A stretch of 21,624 nt of DNA, taken from assembly GCA_016196885.1 (NCBI GenBank), contig JACPWU010000045.1, positions 1 through 21,624 on the forward strand, read 5' to 3'. The DNA comes from Chlamydiota bacterium (lineage in GTDB: Bacteria; Auribacterota; JACPWU01). The notes under the pieces were generated by a model. The model did not search any database. It saw only the letters and a list, made by a program, of their open reading frames with translations, and had not been told where the DNA came from. Shown here piece after piece: positions 17,783 to 21,624 of this stretch; within the stretch, counting starts at the first letter, position 1, and each line of letters starts with the position of its first letter. The translations under genes and the position numbers were made by a program.

Positions 17783-17912
17783 GACTAAAAATCAAGTTGA
17801 GGGCAATACAAACATCAAAGAATAAAAATGTAGGCCATGCCCCTCGCCAGAAAAGGGATGTGACTGAAAGGGCGGAGCTCTGTCTTCATCTTATGAAGTC
17901 AGTGAGCTAGGT

Positions 17913-19151
17913 ATGAAACAAGTTTTTGATATTGCAATTGTAGGAGCAGGTGTAGTCGGCTCTGCCTTGGCGAGAGAATTGGGTCAGCGTTTTGGTAAAG
18001 TGCTTCTCTTGGATAAAGAAAACGCGGTGGCCTTCCACACCAGTGGTCGTAACAGCGGGGTGATTCATTCTGGATTTAATCAAAAGCCTGGGACATTAAA
18101 GGCACGACTTTGTGTGGAGGGGAGTCGTCTCACGCGCGAATACTGTCGAGAGAAGGGAGTTCCTTGCAAAGAAGTCGGGACTTATGTGATGGCGATGGAG
18201 GAATCGGAGCTGAAAAGGCTTGAAGAGTTGAAAGCGCGTGGAGAAAAAAATGGGGTTCCGGGACTAGAGATTCTTTCTATAGAAAAAGTGCATGAACGTG
18301 AACCGCGTGCTTTGGGACTTACCGCTTTGTTTTCTCCGACAGGAGCGATTGTAGATTCTGTGAAATTGGTTCAGAGCTTGGTGCAAGACGCTCAAGAGAG
18401 AGGGGTGGTTTTACGATTGGGCGAGGAAGTAAAGAGAGTGGAAGAGGGAAAAGAGGGTGTATGTCTTTTTACGCAAAAAGATCGCTATGATGCCAAGCTT
18501 CTCATCAATTGTGCAGGGCTCCACGCGGATCGCTTGGCGCATTTAATGGGATTGGGCCGTGAATACGCTATCACGCCTTTCCGTGGAGAATATTTTGAAG
18601 CCAATGGAACTTGCGCAAAAAAAATTCATGCGATGATTTATCCTGTGCCTCATCCTGAATTTCCCTTTCTAGGGATTCATGTGACTCCCACGGTTCATGG
18701 GACAATCATTTTAGGGCCCAATGCGGTGCTGGCCGCGGGGAGAGAAGCCTATGGGCGGTGGTCTTTTAATTTTCGGGATGTCTTTCGAACCCTGTTTCAT
18801 GGCGGATTTCTCAAGGCCTTTTTTAAAAATTCTTTGCTCAGGAAAGTGGCTTGGCATGAATTAAAGAATTCGTGTAGCAAGCAGCATTTTTTTAGGGAGG
18901 CCAGTCGTTTGGTTGAGGGGTTTCAAATTGAAGATTTTAGCTTGGCCAAACGCGTGGGAATTCGTCCTCAGTTGATTCGAAAGGATGGTCAGTTTGTGGA
19001 TGATTTGGTGATTGAACAAACCCCCCATTCTCTTCATCTCTTGAATGTGGTTTCGCCTGGGATGACGTCGGCCATTCCTTTTGCCCAGTGGCTTTCCAAG
19101 GGGATTGACAATGTCCTTTGCTGGAAATGTCCTTGGCAAGAGGCAGCGTGA
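17913..19151 (+). CDS. lhgO: FAD-dependent L-2-hydroxyglutarate oxidase/dehydrogenase-like protein
   Basis: N-terminal Rossmann motif DIAIVGAGVVGSALA and the family-typical HTSGRNSGVIHSGFNQKPGTLKARLCVEG. About 412 aa. Confidence 0.75.
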   Translation: MKQVFDIAIVGAGVVGSALARELGQRFGKVLLLDKENAVAFHTSGRNSGVIHSGFNQKPGTLKARLCVEGSRLTREYCREKGVPCKEVGTYVMAMEESELKRLEELKARGEKNGVPGLEILSIEKVHEREPRALGLTALFSPTGAIVDSVKLVQSLVQDAQERGVVLRLGEEVKRVEEGKEGVCLFTQKDRYDAKLLINCAGLHADRLAHLMGLGREYAITPFRGEYFEANGTCAKKIHAMIYPVPHPEFPFLGIHVTPTVHGTIILGPNAVLAAGREAYGRWSFNFRDVFRTLFHGGFLKAFFKNSLLRKVAWHELKNSCSKQHFFREASRLVEGFQIEDFSLAKRVGIRPQLIRKDGQFVDDLVIEQTPHSLHLLNVVSPGMTSAIPFAQWLSKGIDNVLCWKCPWQEAA

Positions 19152-19156
19152 CAAAA

Positions 19157-19438
19157 ATGTTGATGGGGCTTCAACAGGGTCTTCTCGATCAGATTTTGAA
19201 GTTGCTGAGCGGGTGTCAGGAGGTTGAAAAATTGGTTCTTTACGAGTCGAGGGCAAGGGGAAATTTCACTGCAACGTCGGACATTGACCTGGCGATTTTC
19301 GCAAAAGGTTGGCATGATCGGGAGCTGAATCTTCTGAAGCATTCTCTGAATGAATTTGTAAAAACCCCTCTTAAAATTGATAAAGTTGATTCTAAGCGAC
19401 CAAGGAATAGAGGTGAGCACCCCTCGGCTTGTGATTAA
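19157..19438 (+). pseudogene. Minimal nucleotidyltransferase (MNT, HI0073-like antitoxin) with an aberrant C-terminus
   Basis: The NTase core is VEKLVLYESRARGNFTATSDIDLAI...PLKIDKVD, with E replacing the conserved G of the GS motif. After KIDKVD the frame reads an unrelated SKRPRNRGEHPSACD* instead of the usual ~25-aa C-terminal helix. Confidence 0.6.
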
Positions 19439-19637
19439 AGAGGCGTTGCAGGCAAAGATTTTAAAGGAGGGGGATGGGTGGATTGATATGCTAGAGGACC
19501 GCAACAAAACTTCTCATATTGACGATGAGGAAGAGGCGAATGTGATTTACCGGAAAATCAAAGAAAATCATGCAGGGCTTTTAAAGGATCTTGAAGGCGC
19601 GCTTAAGGATTGGGTGAGATCATGTCTGATCCAGTAG
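19362..19637 (+). pseudogene. C-terminal ~85 aa of an HI0074-family HEPN protein (nucleotidyltransferase substrate-binding type); the N-terminal half is missing
   Basis: KLILSDQGIEVSTPRLVIKEALQAKILKEGDGWIDMLEDRNKTSHIDDEEEANVIY matches the family segment ...G....SPRDxIREAF..GLI.DGE.W.DM...RN.TSHTY.EE, including the Rx4H HEPN motif. There is no ATG, only a TTG at 19377, and the frame opens after a TAA at 19359-19361. Confidence 0.6.
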
Positions 19638-20497
19638 CCATGGCTGCTTTGAATGTCGAGGCACAAAATAAAAACGCTATCCCCAAAATCACCATTCGTC
19701 CTTCCAAGGGATGGGTGCCCATTGATTGGAAGGCCTTGTGGGATTTTAGGGAGCTTCTCTATTTTCTGATCTGGCGGGATATCAAGGTCAGGTATAAGCA
19801 AACAGTATTGGGGGCTCTTTGGGCGATTATCCAACCTTTTTTTAGCATGGTGGTGTTCACTATTTTCTTTGGAAAAATTGCCCGCCTTCCCTCAGACGGT
19901 GTTCCTTATCCTATTTTTTCTTATTCAGGGCTTCTTCTTTGGACCTATTTTTCAGGGGCCCTTTCTCACTCAGGGGCGAGCCTCGTGGGGAGTTCAAACC
20001 TCTTGACCAAGGTGTATTTCCCACGACTTGTGATCCCTCTTTCAGCCACTCTTTCGGGATTGATGGACTATGCCATTGCGGTGGTTATTCTTCTGGGCAT
20101 GATGTTTTACTACGGCTTTGCCCCAAGCGTGTCTCTTCTCATGCTCCCCGCGATTGTTTTCTTCTCGATGATCGCTGCGACAGGATGGGGGCTTTGGCTT
20201 TCTGCGCTCAATGTGAAATACCGAGACATTCAATACGCGCTTCCCTTTTTCATTCAGTTGATGCTCTTCGCAACGCCGGTCATTTATCCCGCTTCAATGG
20301 TGCCCGAAAAATATCGCTGGCTTTTGATGCTCAATCCCATGAGTGGTCTGATTGAAGCCCATCGGGCGTGTTTCCTCGCACATCAACCCATTCACTGGGG
20401 TTCTTTGGGAATTTCTGTCGCGGTAGCAGTGGCTATTTTTATCGGCGGACTTTTTTATTTTAGAAGAACAGAACGTTTTTTTGCGGATGTGGTGTAA
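19622..20497 (+). CDS. ABC-2 type polysaccharide/O-antigen/teichoic-acid export permease (Wzm/TagG/KpsM-like)
   Basis: WRDIKVRYKQTVLGALWAIIQPFFSMVVFTIFF signature, about six hydrophobic segments, and the family-typical C-terminus RRTERFFADVV. I prefer the ATG at 19622 over the TTG at 19610. Confidence 0.85.
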   Translation: MSDPVAMAALNVEAQNKNAIPKITIRPSKGWVPIDWKALWDFRELLYFLIWRDIKVRYKQTVLGALWAIIQPFFSMVVFTIFFGKIARLPSDGVPYPIFSYSGLLLWTYFSGALSHSGASLVGSSNLLTKVYFPRLVIPLSATLSGLMDYAIAVVILLGMMFYYGFAPSVSLLMLPAIVFFSMIAATGWGLWLSALNVKYRDIQYALPFFIQLMLFATPVIYPASMVPEKYRWLLMLNPMSGLIEAHRACFLAHQPIHWGSLGISVAVAVAIFIGGLFYFRRTERFFADVV

Positions 20498-20520
20498 AAG
20501 GACATGGGGCAAATTTTCTT
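20476..20520 (+). repeat. Direct repeat copy 1 (last 7 codons of the permease gene plus about 20 nt downstream)
   Basis: TTTTTTTGCGGATGTGGTGTAAAA (20476-20499) is identical to 21432-21455. The similarity continues imperfectly (ATGGGG, CAATTT, CTT). Confidence 0.85.
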
Positions 20521-20539
20521 TACATCTTCTTCAGAATAG

Positions 20540-20558
20540 TGTACTCTTATTATGTACA
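20540..20558. promoter_or_regulatory. Candidate antitoxin operator upstream of vapB
   Basis: The palindrome TGTAC-N9-GTACA encloses a TATTAT -10-like hexamer, about 20 nt upstream of the vapB RBS GGGAGGAGGG. Confidence 0.3.
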
Positions 20559-20579
20559 TATTTTGGGAGGAGGGCGATC

Positions 20580-20813
20580 ATGAATATCAATGTCAAAGAG
20601 GCGAGAAGTCAATTTGCTGCCTTGTTGAACCGGGTTCAGGAAGGGGATGAGGTGAGTATTCTTCGTCATGGTAAGGAGGTAGCTCGTCTCATTCCTCCTC
20701 AAAGAGGAGTTCGGCATCTGCCAAGTCTAAAGGCGTTTCGCTCGACGATTCGAATGAAGGGTGAACCTTTAAGCTCTCTTGTGATTCGAGCCAGAGGTGA
20801 GGAACGCTGTTAA
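20580..20813 (+). CDS. vapB: Phd/YefM-type antitoxin paired with a PIN toxin
   Basis: MNINVKEARSQFAALLNRVQEGDEVSILRHGKEVARLIP is a typical Phd/YefM N-terminus. A strong RBS is present. Its stop overlaps the toxin start (TAATG). Confidence 0.8.
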   Translation: MNINVKEARSQFAALLNRVQEGDEVSILRHGKEVARLIPPQRGVRHLPSLKAFRSTIRMKGEPLSSLVIRARGEERC

Positions 20814-21235
20814 TGTTTTATATCGATACGAGCGTTTTGGTCGCCTATTATTGCCCTGAAGCTTTGAGCGATCAAGTGGAGCATTACCTCATGAGGGGAC
20901 AATTTGTTATCAGCCCTTTAACGGAGGTGGAATTATTTTCAGCGGTGTCGAGAAAGATTCGTGAAGGACAAATGCATTCCACGGATGGGAGACGGGTTCT
21001 TGCAAGATATCTTTCTCATGCGGAAGGAAATTTTTATTTGAAGGTCTCCATTGATTCTCACCATTATCGGCTGGCCAGAGATTGGCTTGGAGAGTTTAGT
21101 ACGCCTCTCAGAAGTTTCGATGCGCTGCATTTGGCCGTAGCGGTATCGGAAGATTTAACCCCCTTGACCTCGGACAGAGCTTTTTCAAAATCCGCAAACG
21201 CATTGGGAATCAAGACGGTGTTTTTGGGAGTTTGA
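20813..21235 (+). CDS. vapC: PIN-domain ribonuclease toxin VapC
   Basis: The acidic PIN residues are in place: FYIDTS (D5), TEVE, FDALHLA and TSDR. 140 aa. A 1-nt overlap with the antitoxin gene. Confidence 0.88.
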   Translation: MFYIDTSVLVAYYCPEALSDQVEHYLMRGQFVISPLTEVELFSAVSRKIREGQMHSTDGRRVLARYLSHAEGNFYLKVSIDSHHYRLARDWLGEFSTPLRSFDALHLAVAVSEDLTPLTSDRAFSKSANALGIKTVFLGV

Positions 21236-21274
21236 AACCACTAACGACGATACGAGCGTAGAAGAGGGTATGAG

Positions 21275-21379
21275 ATGCCAGAAATAAGCAGGTTTCTTGG
21301 GATGGTTATTTGTATGTACTTCAATGATCATTCTCCTCCTCATTTTCATGTTCAATACAATTGGTTTAGGAGGGCATAA
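21275..21379 (+). pseudogene. Truncated DUF4160 gene (first ~28 of the usual ~80-90 aa)
   Basis: MPEISRFLGMVICMYFNDHSPPHFHVQY is the hallmark DUF4160 N-terminus. The frame then reads NWFRRA* across the RBS of the next ORF. Confidence 0.7.
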
Positions 21380-21381
21380 AA

Positions 21382-21453
21382 ATGTATTGGGTTGTCAAGG
21401 CAGAATATGTAGAGAATTTTAAAATAAGGGTTTTTTTTGCGGATGTGGTGTAA
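21382..21453 (+). pseudogene. Truncated DUF2442-like gene (23 codons) ending inside direct repeat copy 2
   Basis: MYWVVKAEYVENFKIRVFFADVV*. The N-terminus resembles the DUF2442 pattern ..V..V.....Y.L.V.F.DG. An AGGAGG RBS is present. The last 7 codons are identical to the end of the permease gene. Confidence 0.45.
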
Positions 21454-21474
21454 AAAATGGGGTCAATTTGCTTC
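21432..21474 (+). repeat. Direct repeat copy 2
   Basis: See copy 1: a 24-nt perfect identity followed by imperfect similarity. Confidence 0.85.
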
Positions 21475-21534
21475 TTTGCTAAATCGAGTCCAGGAATCTG
21501 ATACATGCTAAAATGCTGTGAGGGAGGTCTGTGT

Positions 21535-21624
21535 ATGAGTATATTTAAAGTCAATGTGATTGCGCTTCATCCATCTGATTTGAAAAAGAGCACCTTGCCT
21601 CTTGAGGTGCTCGTAGATACAGGC
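21535..21624 (+). CDS. N-terminus of a retropepsin-like (clan AA) aspartic protease family protein; runs off the right edge
   Basis: MSIFKVNVIALHPSDLKKSTLPLEVLVDTG ends in the catalytic DTG motif at the position typical of small bacterial retropepsin-like proteins. A GAGGGAGG RBS lies 7 nt upstream. Confidence 0.5.
   Translation, partial: MSIFKVNVIALHPSDLKKSTLPLEVLVDTG

Noticed and set aside
17871-17882. ops-like sequence GGCGGAGCTCTG downstream of the NusG paralog and upstream of lhgO
   Set aside because: It matches the RfaH ops consensus GGCGGTAGNNTG at only 7 of 10 defined positions, and the critical T6/A7/G8 are wrong. UpxY-type paralogs are not known to use ops, so this is probably chance.
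19939-20355. 138-aa alternative-frame ORF inside the permease gene, and similar ones inside recF (4708-5013, 4835-5059)
   Set aside because: They are out of frame within well-supported CDSs and rich in Arg/Gly/Ser, with no independent signals.
20504-20539. Mini-ORFs starting at the repeated ATGGGG (MGQIFFTSSSE* at 20504, MGSICFFAKSSPGI* at 21457)
   Set aside because: They are only 11-14 codons long, diverge after 6 codons and have no RBS. They are more likely a by-product of the duplicated sequence than genes, although a remnant of a former downstream gene start cannot be excluded.

Overview
The window is the replication-origin neighbourhood of a bacterial chromosome, followed by a tRNA-Ser cluster and a visibly decayed accessory region. 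All family assignments come from motif recognition by eye; no database search was possible.

Core block, all on the + strand: dnaA, dnaN, recF, a DUF721 gene, gyrB, gyrA and serS. DnaA boxes spaced in multiples of 11 bp lie upstream of dnaA and in the dnaA-dnaN spacer. A radical-SAM gene and an edge-truncated secreted-protein gene lie on the - strand at the left end.

Main observations:
1. gyrB carries an in-frame 191-aa mini-intein at the TOPRIM EGDSAGG|S site.
2. serS is followed directly by three tRNA-Ser isoacceptor genes (anticodons UGA, CGA, GGA), interleaved with two single-domain PilZ genes.
3. Each PilZ gene is followed by a copy of the same ~90-100 nt palindromic element, ending 7-8 nt before a tRNA-Ser gene. 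Its arms are AGGGNNN/NNNCCCT heptads, so they contain canonical G-quadruplex motifs. The two copies lie in opposite orientation.
4. That element seems to belong to a wider set of intergenic elements with arms of imperfect 7-nt tandem words around a similar AAGG + T-rich core.
5. Right of tRNA-Ser(GGA) the region looks accessory and eroded. It holds an AT-rich HEAT-like ORF, a DUF4143 AAA ATPase (a second copy survives only as a 3' remnant at 14068-14295), a NusG paralog, lhgO, and an MNT/HEPN pair collapsed by an internal deletion.
6. Further right, an ABC-2 polysaccharide-export permease has no adjacent ATPase gene. Its 3' end is duplicated about 950 bp downstream, and the two copies bracket a vapBC module and truncated DUF4160/DUF2442 genes.

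I see no CRISPR array, rRNA, transposase or integrase. I did not find a convincing multi-gene novel system. The repeat/hairpin family and the serS/tRNA-Ser/PilZ arrangement are the least explained features.
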